Positions 55,545 to 64,000 of a DNA stretch of 64,000 nucleotides are shown here, in pieces. The DNA comes from an uncultured bacterium. GTDB taxonomy: Bacteria > Gemmatimonadota > Gemmatimonadetes > Gemmatimonadales > GWC2-71-9. Under the pieces are notes generated by a model. The model was not told where the DNA came from. It saw only the letters and a program-made list of their open reading frames with translations, and searched no databases. The stretch covers positions 5,621 through 69,620 of the forward strand of contig CBFGRM010000001.1 of assembly GCA_965651205.1 (NCBI GenBank), read 5' to 3'. Position numbers and translations under genes: made by a program. Each line of letters starts with the position of its first letter. The first letter of the stretch is position 1.

Positions 55545-57404
55545 GTGAGCATCGGCGGTTCGGTCCGCAGCGTGTTGCTGGCCGTGCTGCTGTGCGGTCC
55601 GGCGACGGCAATCGCGCAAGATCCTCCACCAGCCGATTCGCTGGCCGCCGATTCCGTCGCCGTGCGGCCGGATTCGACTTCCACCGAACGACTTCTCGCG
55701 GTCGAGGGCAGGCAGGAAGTCCGGCTTGCCCCGGTGCCGCCGATCCAATGGGCCGACGTGCAGCCGGCCGGCAGTCGCATCGTGCTCACTCGGGATTCGA
55801 TCGACTGGTCTCCGTCACGCACGGTCGGCGAACTGATCGGCGCGAGTGCCCCGGTGTTCCTCTGGCGTGGTGGCTGGCGCGGCAGGCCCGAGATTCCCAA
55901 CTATCTCGGCCGCGGCGCAAGCAGCGTGGAGTACGAGGTCGATGGACTGCCCTGGCTCGCGATTGGTCCGGATTCGCTTGCAGTGGATCCGTCGCTCTGG
56001 ACCCTGGAACTGTTCGAGCGCGTCGAGATCGAACGCAACCCGGGCCGGTTGCGGGTCTACCTGTTCACTCGCGATCACGATCGCCTGGCACCGCGCACCA
56101 GGATCGGTGTCGAAACCGGTGACCGGGGCTTCTCGCGCTACTTCGGCTCGTTCGAGCGGCGCTGGCCCAGGGGATTCTCCCTCGGGATGGCCGCCGACTA
56201 CATCGGCGTCAACGCCCCCAACGGTGGCAGTGGTGCCGCCAACGTCGTCAACGGCTGGTTGCAGGGCGCCTGGATGCCGACGTCGAAGTTGTCGGTGGAG
56301 GCACAACTGCTGTTGCAGGCCCCCGATCGCGACCCGTTGCTGCGCGATGGCGAGTCAGAGTCAGCCGACACGCTGGATCCCGGTATCCAGGGAAATCATC
56401 AGGCCACACAGCTCCGGATTTCGTGGGGTGACCGCAACAATCCGCTCGGCCTTCACGTCGATGGTTGGGCTGCGCGATCGAGCTGGGACAACGACACCGT
56501 AAAGCACGACATCGGCACCTTCGGGGCGCAGGTCGGCTACCGGCGGCCGACCTGGTCCGCGGACTTCCGGGCACTGCACCACACCGAGTGGACACCGCTG
56601 GACTTGCGCCTTGCCCTGGGCTGGAGTCCGATGACGCTCGCCACTGTCGCGATCGAGGGAGTCCGCAAGGACCACGAAGGCGATCGGCGGTCGGAATATG
56701 CCACCGCGCGGCTCGGCTTCGAGGTGCCACGCGGCAGTCGGCTCCTGTTGGGAATCAGGATGCCTGCAGCGCTGCAACTGGGTGCGGCGGCCTCGTACGG
56801 CGAGCGGGTCGACGTGCCGGCATTGTCCGAATCGGGTGTGGCGTCCTTCGCCGATTATGAAGTGATGGCGGGACTGAACTTCGGCCGACTGGCCGTCGAG
56901 GGTCGGTTGCTGAGCACCGATGTATGGCAGCCATTGCCGTACCGCAACTTCGCGGCAGTGCCTGCGATGGCACGCCAGGATCGCACCGAGTGGCTTGCGC
57001 TCAAGGCGCATCTCGCACCGACGAGCTGGTTCAGCGTTGCGTCGCACTACGAGCATCCTCTCAACGGGGCCACGCCGGACGGCGTGCCGCCGCACCACGC
57101 CTGGACCACTGCCACGGTCAATTCGCGGTTCCTGCGCAACTTCCCGAGCGGGATCTTCCGGCTCAAGGTGCAGGGTGTGCTGGAGAGCTGGAGTCCGGGA
57201 GTGATCGGTCGTGACGCCGAGGGTGAGGCGATCGAGCTGCGCGGACTCACCTTCGTTCGGGGCATCCTCCAGCTCCAGTTGGGTCCGTTCATCGCCTTCT
57301 GGGACCGGGTCAACTTCCAGGGCACCAGGCCGGGGCAGGTTCCCGGCTACCCGATCCTGTCGCTGGGGTCGAGCTACGGCATCCGCTGGGAATTCCAGAA
57401 CTGA
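55545..57404 (+). CDS. outer-membrane protein with a TonB-dependent-receptor plug-like domain
   Basis: Signal peptide (AIA/Q), plug-like GRGA....VDGLP...DPSL......ERVEIER, amphipathic beta-strands, aromatic-rich C-terminal strand YGIRWEF. Confidence 0.65.
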   Translation: MSIGGSVRSVLLAVLLCGPATAIAQDPPPADSLAADSVAVRPDSTSTERLLAVEGRQEVRLAPVPPIQWADVQPAGSRIVLTRDSIDWSPSRTVGELIGASAPVFLWRGGWRGRPEIPNYLGRGASSVEYEVDGLPWLAIGPDSLAVDPSLWTLELFERVEIERNPGRLRVYLFTRDHDRLAPRTRIGVETGDRGFSRYFGSFERRWPRGFSLGMAADYIGVNAPNGGSGAANVVNGWLQGAWMPTSKLSVEAQLLLQAPDRDPLLRDGESESADTLDPGIQGNHQATQLRISWGDRNNPLGLHVDGWAARSSWDNDTVKHDIGTFGAQVGYRRPTWSADFRALHHTEWTPLDLRLALGWSPMTLATVAIEGVRKDHEGDRRSEYATARLGFEVPRGSRLLLGIRMPAALQLGAAASYGERVDVPALSESGVASFADYEVMAGLNFGRLAVEGRLLSTDVWQPLPYRNFAAVPAMARQDRTEWLALKAHLAPTSWFSVASHYEHPLNGATPDGVPPHHAWTTATVNSRFLRNFPSGIFRLKVQGVLESWSPGVIGRDAEGEAIELRGLTFVRGILQLQLGPFIAFWDRVNFQGTRPGQVPGYPILSLGSSYGIRWEFQN

Positions 57405-57473
57405 CCCTGCCCACGGCGAGACCGGGGCCGATCGGCTATCTTTCCGGGCTACCCGCAGCGCGGAGGGCGGTTC

Positions 57474-58343
57474 TTGGCATCGAGTATGACCGGTTTCGGC
57501 GCGGCCGAAGCGGAAGTGGCCGGACGCCGGGGCAGGGTGGAGATCCGAACAGTCAACCACAGGCACCTGAGCACTTCGCTGCGGCTGCCCCCGGAATTGA
57601 CTGCCTCGGAGGGCGCCTTCCGGGAGCGGATCAAGGCCTCGATCGGCCGGGGGCACGTGACCGCGGTTGTCGGCTGGGCCGAGGCAAGGGGACGCGCCGC
57701 ACTGCAGATCGACTGGGAGGCCGCCGAGATCGCGGTGGCCACGCTCACCAAACTCAAGGCCCGGTTCGAACTGGCCGGTGAGGTGACCGTCGAGCAGGTG
57801 GCCCGCTTTCCCGATGTGCTGGGGCAGGGACGTGATCAGGCGAGCAGTGAGTGGGAGGACTGGGTTCCGGTGGTAGACGCCGCGATCGAGGCGTGCCTGG
57901 CTGATCGCCGCCGCGAGGGTGAGGCCCTGGCAGCGGTGATCGCAGCCCGGATCGACGCCATCGGCACCGGGCTCTCGGAGCTGGCACCGCTGCTGCCGGC
58001 CCGGTTGGGCCGTGAGCTGGAGCGGCTGCGGGCCAACACCCGGGAACTGCTGGACGGGGCTGAGATCGCTCCGGAGCGGCTGGCGCAGGAAATCGCCCTG
58101 ATCGCCGATCGGGTGGATGTCACCGAGGAGACGGTGCGGCTCGGGGTGCACCTGGACGCGGCGCGCCGGCTGCTGGCCAGCGACGCTCCGATCGGCAAGC
58201 AGCTCGGGTTCCTGGCACAGGAAATCGGCAGGGAGATCAACACGATCGGCAGCAAGGCCAACGACGCGAGCATTGCCCAGATCGTGGTGGTGATGAAGGG
58301 AGACCTCGAGAAGGTGCGGGAGCAACTGGAGAATCTCGAGTGA
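57474..58343 (+). CDS. yicC: YicC/YloC family endoribonuclease
   Basis: SMTGFG, EIRTVNHR, DVTEE..RL..H, G..L.FL.QE..RE.NTIGSK, EQ..N.E. Confidence 0.95.
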   Translation: MASSMTGFGAAEAEVAGRRGRVEIRTVNHRHLSTSLRLPPELTASEGAFRERIKASIGRGHVTAVVGWAEARGRAALQIDWEAAEIAVATLTKLKARFELAGEVTVEQVARFPDVLGQGRDQASSEWEDWVPVVDAAIEACLADRRREGEALAAVIAARIDAIGTGLSELAPLLPARLGRELERLRANTRELLDGAEIAPERLAQEIALIADRVDVTEETVRLGVHLDAARRLLASDAPIGKQLGFLAQEIGREINTIGSKANDASIAQIVVVMKGDLEKVREQLENLE

Positions 58344-58987
58344 CGCCGCTGGTGGTCGTACTCTCGTCGCCCTCGGGTGGTGGCAAGACCACTATCGCCA
58401 GGCGGCTGCTGGCCGAGCGCGAAGACACCGGCTACTCGGTGTCGGCCACCACGCGCCAGCCGCGCGAGGGCGAGGTGGGCGGGCGCGAGTATCATTTCCT
58501 CGGGCACGAGGAATTCGAGAAGCGGGTGGCTGCCGGTGAATTTCTCGAGCACGCCAGCTACAACGGGCAGCGCTACGGAACGCTCGAGCGCGAGGTGCGA
58601 CGGGTGCTCCAGTCGGGGCGGCACGTCCTGCTCGACATCGAGGTGATCGGGGCGCGCAACGTTCGTGAACGGTTCCCCGATGCGGTGCTGATCTTCGTGG
58701 TCCCGCCCAGCGGTAGAGTGCTGGCGGAGCGGTTGCGGGCGCGGGGGAGCGAGTCGGAGACGGTGATCACTGCCCGGCTGGAACGAGCGGTGCTCGAACT
58801 CGCCGCCGCAACCGAGTACGACTATCTGGTCGTCAACGACGACCTCGACGCCGCTGTGCGCGCCGTGCACGGCATCATCGATGTTGAGTCACGGCGCACC
58901 AGCCGGCAGCGCAGCAGCAGCGTGCTGCTCGACAGATTGCAGAACGAAGTCGCCGCCGAGATCGCGCGTGCGACGGCGACGACCTGA
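58340..58987 (+). CDS. gmk: guanylate kinase
   Basis: SSPSGGGKTTI, SVSATTR.PR.GE..G.EYHF, YGT, IFV.PPS. Confidence 0.97.
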   Translation: MTPLVVVLSSPSGGGKTTIARRLLAEREDTGYSVSATTRQPREGEVGGREYHFLGHEEFEKRVAAGEFLEHASYNGQRYGTLEREVRRVLQSGRHVLLDIEVIGARNVRERFPDAVLIFVVPPSGRVLAERLRARGSESETVITARLERAVLELAAATEYDYLVVNDDLDAAVRAVHGIIDVESRRTSRQRSSSVLLDRLQNEVAAEIARATATT

Positions 58988-59007
58988 AACACCAGAGGAG
59001 CAACGAG

Positions 59008-59235
59008 ATGGAAGTGTTCACCCCGCAGGAAGTGGCGCGTCACACCGGCTCGAAGTACCGCGGCATCCTGGTTGCTGCCAAGTTTGCCCGGTACCTCAAC
59101 GAGTTTCCGCGCGAGACAGTGGCCCAGTTCGAGCGCGCCGAAGGCGTCAAGAAGCTCACCACCCTGGCGCTCAAGAAGCTCACCAGTGGCGAACTGACCT
59201 TCCGCGAGTTGCGCCGGCGACGCACCGAGGCCTGA
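59008..59235 (+). CDS. rpoZ: RNA polymerase omega subunit
   Basis: 75 aa, SKY..ILVAAK.AR.L, K.TT.AL..L; between gmk and coaBC. Confidence 0.88.
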   Translation: MEVFTPQEVARHTGSKYRGILVAAKFARYLNEFPRETVAQFERAEGVKKLTTLALKKLTSGELTFRELRRRRTEA

Positions 59236-59236
59236 G

Positions 59237-60430
59237 ATGTGGCGTGGCCGCCAGATCGTCATCGGCGTGACTGGCGGGATCGCCGCGTACAAGAGCGTCC
59301 ACCTCGCCCGGGAGCTGACTGTTCGCGGCGCGCTGGTGGACGTGGTGCTCTCACGCGGTGCCACCCGTTTCGTGGGGGCCGCCACCTTCGAGGCGGTCAC
59401 CCGGCGGCCGGTGAGGACATCACTCTGGGAACCGGGTACCGCTCTCGACCACATCGAGTTGGCCGATCGCGCCGACCTGATCATCGTTGCACCGGCCACT
59501 GCGCACTTCCTCGCCCGCGCAGCGCTCGGGCTGGCGGACGACTTCCTGCTCGCGATGCTGCTGGCCAACAGCGGACCAGTACTGGTGGCACCGGCGATGA
59601 ACGACGAGATGTTCGCTGACGCCGCAACCAGGGCCAACCTGGCCCGACTCGTCGAGCGTGGCTGGTCGGTGGTCGGCCCGGACACGGGGCCGCTGGCCGA
59701 AGGCGACTCGGTGCGGCCAGGCCGGATGTCGGAGCCGGAGGAGATCATCGCCCGCAGTGAACGGGTGCTGGCAGGCGAGGGCCCGTTGCACGGGCTGACC
59801 GTGCTGGTGACCGCGGGTCCGACTCGTGAATCGATCGACCCGGTGCGCGTGGTCACCAATCGCAGCAGCGGCAAGATGGGCTACCGCCTGGCCGAGGCCG
59901 CCTGGCGCCGCGGGGCGGAGGTGGTGCTGGTCTCGGGTCCGTCGAGCGAGCGACCGCCATTCGGCGTGACACTGCTCCGCGTGGAAACAACCGAGGAGAT
60001 GGCCCAGGCGGTGCGACGCAACCTCAGGAAGAGTGACGTGCTGATAATGGCCGCAGCTCCTGCCGACTACCGACCGGTGGTCACGCGCGACGCCAAGTTG
60101 CCTCGTTCCGACGGTGGATTTTCGCTTTCATTCGAGTCCACCGAGGACATCCTGATCGGCACCCTGCCCGAGCGTCATCCCAACCTCACGACCGTGGGCT
60201 TCGCGCTGGAGACCGGCAACGCGCTCGAGAAGGGCCGCGCCAAGCTGGAACGCAAGCAGCTCGATCTGGTGGTGATCAACGATGCCCTCGAACCGGGTGC
60301 CGGCTTCGATGTGGATACCAACGCGGTCACGATTCTCGATGTCCGGGGGATCGTGACCCCGGTGTCGCTGCGTGACAAGCGCGACGTCGCCGAGGCAATT
60401 CTCGACGCGATCGAGCTGTACCGTGGCTGA
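59237..60430 (+). CDS. coaBC: phosphopantothenoylcysteine decarboxylase/synthetase
   Basis: GVTGGIAAYK, APAMN..M, TAGPTRE.IDPVR..TN.SSGKMG, VGFALET. Confidence 0.97.
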   Translation: MWRGRQIVIGVTGGIAAYKSVHLARELTVRGALVDVVLSRGATRFVGAATFEAVTRRPVRTSLWEPGTALDHIELADRADLIIVAPATAHFLARAALGLADDFLLAMLLANSGPVLVAPAMNDEMFADAATRANLARLVERGWSVVGPDTGPLAEGDSVRPGRMSEPEEIIARSERVLAGEGPLHGLTVLVTAGPTRESIDPVRVVTNRSSGKMGYRLAEAAWRRGAEVVLVSGPSSERPPFGVTLLRVETTEEMAQAVRRNLRKSDVLIMAAAPADYRPVVTRDAKLPRSDGGFSLSFESTEDILIGTLPERHPNLTTVGFALETGNALEKGRAKLERKQLDLVVINDALEPGAGFDVDTNAVTILDVRGIVTPVSLRDKRDVAEAILDAIELYRG

Positions 60431-61259
60431 CCCCCGTCGCGCCTGGCTCGAACTGCAGCGTGACCTCGGCGGCGACGAGGTCTATTTCGATTCGCCGCTC
60501 GAAGCGTCGCTGCCGACGGCTGGCAAGCCGGTTTCGAACGCGAGCCGGTCGAAACCCGCCGAGCCGCCCGACCCCGCAGCGCCACCGGCCGAGGTGGTGT
60601 ATCGCCCGCGGCAGTACCCGGCCGGGCAGGAACCGGCCTGGCTCAAGGGCGCACCCGCGATTCCGGCGTCGGGATTGGTGATCGAGGCGCCGGCCACACC
60701 TGCCTGGTCGTCGCTGGAGGAGATTGCCGGACTGGTGCGCGAGTGCACCAAGTGTCCGCTGTGCAGCGGCCGGACCAACGCGGTTCCCGGCGAGGGTGAT
60801 CCTGCTGCCGGATTGATGTTGGTGGGCGAGGGACCGGGCGAACAGGAGGACCGGTCGGGGCGGCCTTTCGTGGGACGTGCCGGCGAACTGTTGGACAAGA
60901 TGCTCGCCAGCATCGAGGTTTCCCGCGAGGCCGCGTTCATCGCCAATGTCGTCAAGTGCAGGCCACCCAGGAATCGCGCCCCGCTGCCGGATGAACGTTC
61001 GGCGTGCCTGCCGTATCTTTACCGTCAGATCGCGCTGGTGCGGCCCCGGGTCCTGCTCGCCCTGGGAGCCACCGCAGCCGAGGCGCTGCTCGGTGTCAAG
61101 CGGCCGCTGGGTGACCTGCGGCTCAAGGTACATCGGATCGACGGAGTGCCGCTGGTGGTCACCTACCACCCGGCCGCACTGCTCAGGAACCCGAACTGGA
61201 AACGGCCCGCGTGGGATGACGTCCGTATCGCACGACAACTCCTTGACCGGCTCGACTGA
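60423..61259 (+). CDS. udg: uracil-DNA glycosylase, family 4 (Fe-S)
   Basis: C.KC.LC, GEGPG..ED..G.PFVG.AG, VVKCRPP.NR, TYHPAA.LR; Pro-rich N-terminal linker. Confidence 0.93.
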   Translation: MADPRRAWLELQRDLGGDEVYFDSPLEASLPTAGKPVSNASRSKPAEPPDPAAPPAEVVYRPRQYPAGQEPAWLKGAPAIPASGLVIEAPATPAWSSLEEIAGLVRECTKCPLCSGRTNAVPGEGDPAAGLMLVGEGPGEQEDRSGRPFVGRAGELLDKMLASIEVSREAAFIANVVKCRPPRNRAPLPDERSACLPYLYRQIALVRPRVLLALGATAAEALLGVKRPLGDLRLKVHRIDGVPLVVTYHPAALLRNPNWKRPAWDDVRIARQLLDRLD

Positions 61260-62616
61260 GTCCGCCCCCGGGGGACGCAGTGTGCCCTGGAGCCAGGAGG
61301 CGGAGCAGGCAGTGCTCGGCGCGATGCTGCTCGATGGTGACGCGGCGGTGCGCGGGCTGGAACTGCTCGACGACGGCTTGTTCTACCGCGAGTCACATCG
61401 CAGGCTGTTCCGTGCGCTGAACACGCTGGCACAACAGCAGATGGTGATCGACTACGTCACCGTTCGCGAAGAATTGTCCCGCCGGGGCGACCTCGAGGCG
61501 ATTGGCGGGGTGGAGTATCTCGACGAGCTGGCCGGTGCGGTGCCGACCGCCGCAAACCTCGAGTTCCACGCCCGGATCCTGCGCGAGAAGGCAATCCAGC
61601 GCCGCCTGATCGAGGCCGCCACTCAGATCATCACCGACACCTACGAGCAACGACAGAGCGCAGCCGACCTGCTCGACGCAGCCGAGAGCAAGATCTTCCG
61701 GATCTCCGAGACGCGCCGTGACGACTCGTTCCGCCGCATCAAGGAGATGCTCTGGCCGACGATGGAGCAGATCGAGCGGATCCAGCAGGGCAAGGGCGAG
61801 CTTACTGGCGTGCCGACCGGTTTCAGTGAACTTGACGAGATGACCACCGGATTCCAGCGCTCGGAACTGATCATCGTGGCCGCCCGGCCGTCGATGGGCA
61901 AGACCGCATTCTGCCTCAACATTGCCACCCACGCGGCATTGGAAGGGCACGGGGTGGCGATCTTTTCGCTGGAAATGTCCAAGGAATCCCTGGTGCAGCG
62001 AATGCTGTGCGCAGAGGCGCGGGTCGACTCGCAACTGGTTCGTCGCGGCCAACTCGGCGAGGCCGGCTACACCCGGCTGGCTCGTGCCGCAGGCGTGCTG
62101 CAGACCGCGCCGATCTGGATCGACGACACGCCCGCCCTCACCCTGCTGGAGATGCGCTCCAAGGCGCGTCGTCTCCGCGCCGAGAACGACGTACGGATGC
62201 TGGTAGTGGACTATCTGCAGTTGATGCGCAGCCCGGAGCACTCGGAGAATCGCGTGCAGGAGATCTCCGACATCTCGCGCTCGCTCAAGGCGCTGGCCCG
62301 CGAGCTGGAAGTGCCGGTGGTGGCGCTGTCGCAGTTGTCGCGCGCGAGTGAACAGCGTGGTGGTGACCGTCACCCGATGCTCTCCGACCTGCGCGACTCC
62401 GGTGCAATCGAGCAGGATGCCGACCTGGTGCTGTTCATCCACCGGCCCGAGATGTATCGCGATCTTCGCGAGAAGGCGGAGCAGAAGGGTGAATCGCTCG
62501 ACGGGCGTGCCGACATCCTGCTGGCCAAGCACCGCAACGGACCGACTGGGTCGATCGACCTCTTCTTCCACAAGAACTTCACCAGGTTCGACAACCCTCG
62601 CGATCAGGACAACTGA
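61216..62616 (+). CDS. dnaB: replicative DNA helicase
   Basis: EAEQAVLG, GVPTGF, AARPSMGKT, FSLEMS, DYLQLM, SQLSR, DLRDSGAIEQDAD, KHRNGPTG; start uncertain. Confidence 0.97.
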   Translation: MTSVSHDNSLTGSTESAPGGRSVPWSQEAEQAVLGAMLLDGDAAVRGLELLDDGLFYRESHRRLFRALNTLAQQQMVIDYVTVREELSRRGDLEAIGGVEYLDELAGAVPTAANLEFHARILREKAIQRRLIEAATQIITDTYEQRQSAADLLDAAESKIFRISETRRDDSFRRIKEMLWPTMEQIERIQQGKGELTGVPTGFSELDEMTTGFQRSELIIVAARPSMGKTAFCLNIATHAALEGHGVAIFSLEMSKESLVQRMLCAEARVDSQLVRRGQLGEAGYTRLARAAGVLQTAPIWIDDTPALTLLEMRSKARRLRAENDVRMLVVDYLQLMRSPEHSENRVQEISDISRSLKALARELEVPVVALSQLSRASEQRGGDRHPMLSDLRDSGAIEQDADLVLFIHRPEMYRDLREKAEQKGESLDGRADILLAKHRNGPTGSIDLFFHKNFTRFDNPRDQDN

Positions 62617-63975
62617 GTGGCGCGGGCCAAGTCGGTCTGGCGTTGCGCCGAATGCGGCCACGGCCATCCCAAGTGGGTGGGCCGCTGCGAAAGCTGTGGC
62701 GCGTGGAACAGCGTGTCCGAAGAGCCCGGCGAAACCGCGGCACGCCGTGGGGTACGCACCGCGGGAAACACTGCGACACCGCTGGTCAGGCGGCTACGTG
62801 ATGTCGACGCCGAGCGGATTCATCGCTGGAGCACCGGCCTGCCCGAGCTGGACTTCGTGCTGGGAGGCGGACTGGTGCCGGGGTCGATGACGTTGATCGG
62901 GGGCGAACCGGGGATCGGCAAGTCCACCCTGCTGCTCCAGGCCGCTGCCCGGCTCGAGGCAAGTGACAGGGCCGTGCTCTATGCCAGCGGCGAGGAGAGT
63001 GCCGAGCAGTTGCGGCTCCGTGCGGACCGGCTCGGCGGTGAGACCGGGGCCGTGCACGTGCTGGGCGAGACCCGACTCGAGGCGGTGCTCGCCGCCGCAC
63101 GGGCAGTCGATGCATCCGTGCTGGTGCTCGACTCGATCCAGACCGTGTACACCGACGCACTCGAAAGCGCCCCGGGCAACGTGGGGCAGGTGCGCGAATG
63201 CGCCGGACTGCTGATGCGGTTTGCCAAGGATACCGGCACTGCGGTGGTGGTGGTGGGCCACGTCACCAAGGGTGGCGGTCTCGCCGGCCCCAAGACTCTC
63301 GAGCACATTGTCGACACGGTGCTGTACTTCGAGGGCGAGTCCACTCTCGATTACCGATTGCTGCGCGCCACCAAGAACCGCTTCGGCTCGGTGGACGAGC
63401 TCGGCGTGTTCGAGATGACCGGGTCGGGACTGGTTGCGGTCTCCAATCCGTCGGCACTGTTTCTCGCTGCTCGTTCCACCGGCACCGCGGGCAGCGCAGT
63501 GACCGCATTGCTTGAGGGGACCCGCCCGGTGCTGGTGGAGATCCAGGCGCTGGCTGCACCGTCGGGATATGGGACGCCACAGAGAGTTGCCACCGGAATC
63601 GACCCGCGTCGACTGGCGGTGATACTTGCCATACTCGAACGTCGCGCCGGTGTGTCGTTTGCCGGTGTCGATGTCTTCGTGCAGGTGACCGCGGGTGTCA
63701 GACTGACGGAGCCCGGCAGCGATCTCGCCGTGGCCTCGGCGCTGATCTCGTCGATCCACGATCGTGCCACGCCGTCCGATGCGCTGTATCTCGGCGAGCT
63801 GGGACTGGGTGGCGAAGTGCGGCCGGTGGGTGGCGCCGAACGACGCCTGGCCGAGGCGGCACGAATGGGATTTCGGCAAGCGTACGGATCTGCGCGTGCC
63901 AAGGTCGAGGTGGCAGGACTCAGGCATCGTGGCCTGGAACACGTCGACGAACTGGTGCGATCTCTTGCCGCGTGA
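62617..63975 (+). CDS. radA: DNA repair protein RadA/Sms
   Basis: C..CG...KW.G.C..C..W zinc finger, GGEPGIGKSTL, KNRFG, C-terminal Lon-like domain. Confidence 0.98.
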   Translation: MARAKSVWRCAECGHGHPKWVGRCESCGAWNSVSEEPGETAARRGVRTAGNTATPLVRRLRDVDAERIHRWSTGLPELDFVLGGGLVPGSMTLIGGEPGIGKSTLLLQAAARLEASDRAVLYASGEESAEQLRLRADRLGGETGAVHVLGETRLEAVLAAARAVDASVLVLDSIQTVYTDALESAPGNVGQVRECAGLLMRFAKDTGTAVVVVGHVTKGGGLAGPKTLEHIVDTVLYFEGESTLDYRLLRATKNRFGSVDELGVFEMTGSGLVAVSNPSALFLAARSTGTAGSAVTALLEGTRPVLVEIQALAAPSGYGTPQRVATGIDPRRLAVILAILERRAGVSFAGVDVFVQVTAGVRLTEPGSDLAVASALISSIHDRATPSDALYLGELGLGGEVRPVGGAERRLAEAARMGFRQAYGSARAKVEVAGLRHRGLEHVDELVRSLAA

Positions 63976-64000
63976 CGTCGGCGTGATCGTCGTGGCGGCC
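63965..64000 (+). CDS. ispD: probable 2-C-methyl-D-erythritol 4-phosphate cytidylyltransferase, first 12 codons only
   Basis: TTG start overlapping radA gives MPRDVGVIVVAA, matching the IspD-type ..IVVAAG start; radA-ispD adjacency is common. Confidence 0.6.
   Translation, partial: MPRDVGVIVVAA

Noticed and set aside
1-64000. CRISPR arrays, IS elements, defence or toxin-antitoxin loci, frameshifted pseudogenes
   Set aside because: No spaced repeat arrays, transposase or recombinase motifs, or broken reading frames seen by eye; nearly all sequence is explained by intact housekeeping genes

Overview
High-GC bacterial chromosomal window; the gene content looks Gemmatimonadota-like (inference, not verified). 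It is core genome, densely packed with about 65 mostly translationally coupled genes. I found no CRISPR array, integrase, transposase or prophage. Layout: (1) minus-strand run truA-degP-purB-purC-psd-pssA-purS-purQ-purL-purF-ppdK (partial); (2) trpD, antisense lexA, then trpC-trpF-trpB-[HEAT protein + HD-GYP protein]-trpA-folK-panBCD-yqeK-LytR_C; (3) divergent glycerate kinase / glycerate dehydrogenase; (4) rlmN, then aspS-phoH-ybeY-2x CNNM/CorC-mgtE and an aeRF1-like protein; (5) carboxyltransferase-S8 protease-atuA cluster and recQ; (6) M8-like metalloprotease, RNase E/G with a ~390-nt structured leader, rplU-rpmA; (7) an AT-rich DnaA-box cluster; (8) nfeD-floA-yqfB-like, ppa, tRNA-Leu(CAA), pepA, plug-containing outer-membrane protein, yicC-gmk-rpoZ-coaBC-udg-dnaB-radA-ispD (partial). 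Main leads: a symmetric DnaA-box array at 50.09-50.19 kb (candidate oriC away from dnaA); a candidate new direct-repeat LexA operator placed in the lexA promoter; lexA lying antisense inside the trp cluster (possible non-contiguous operon); a HEAT/HD-GYP pair sharing an unnamed N-terminal domain, inserted between trpB and trpA; and an aeRF1-like, possibly Balon-like, ribosome factor lacking the catalytic Gln.
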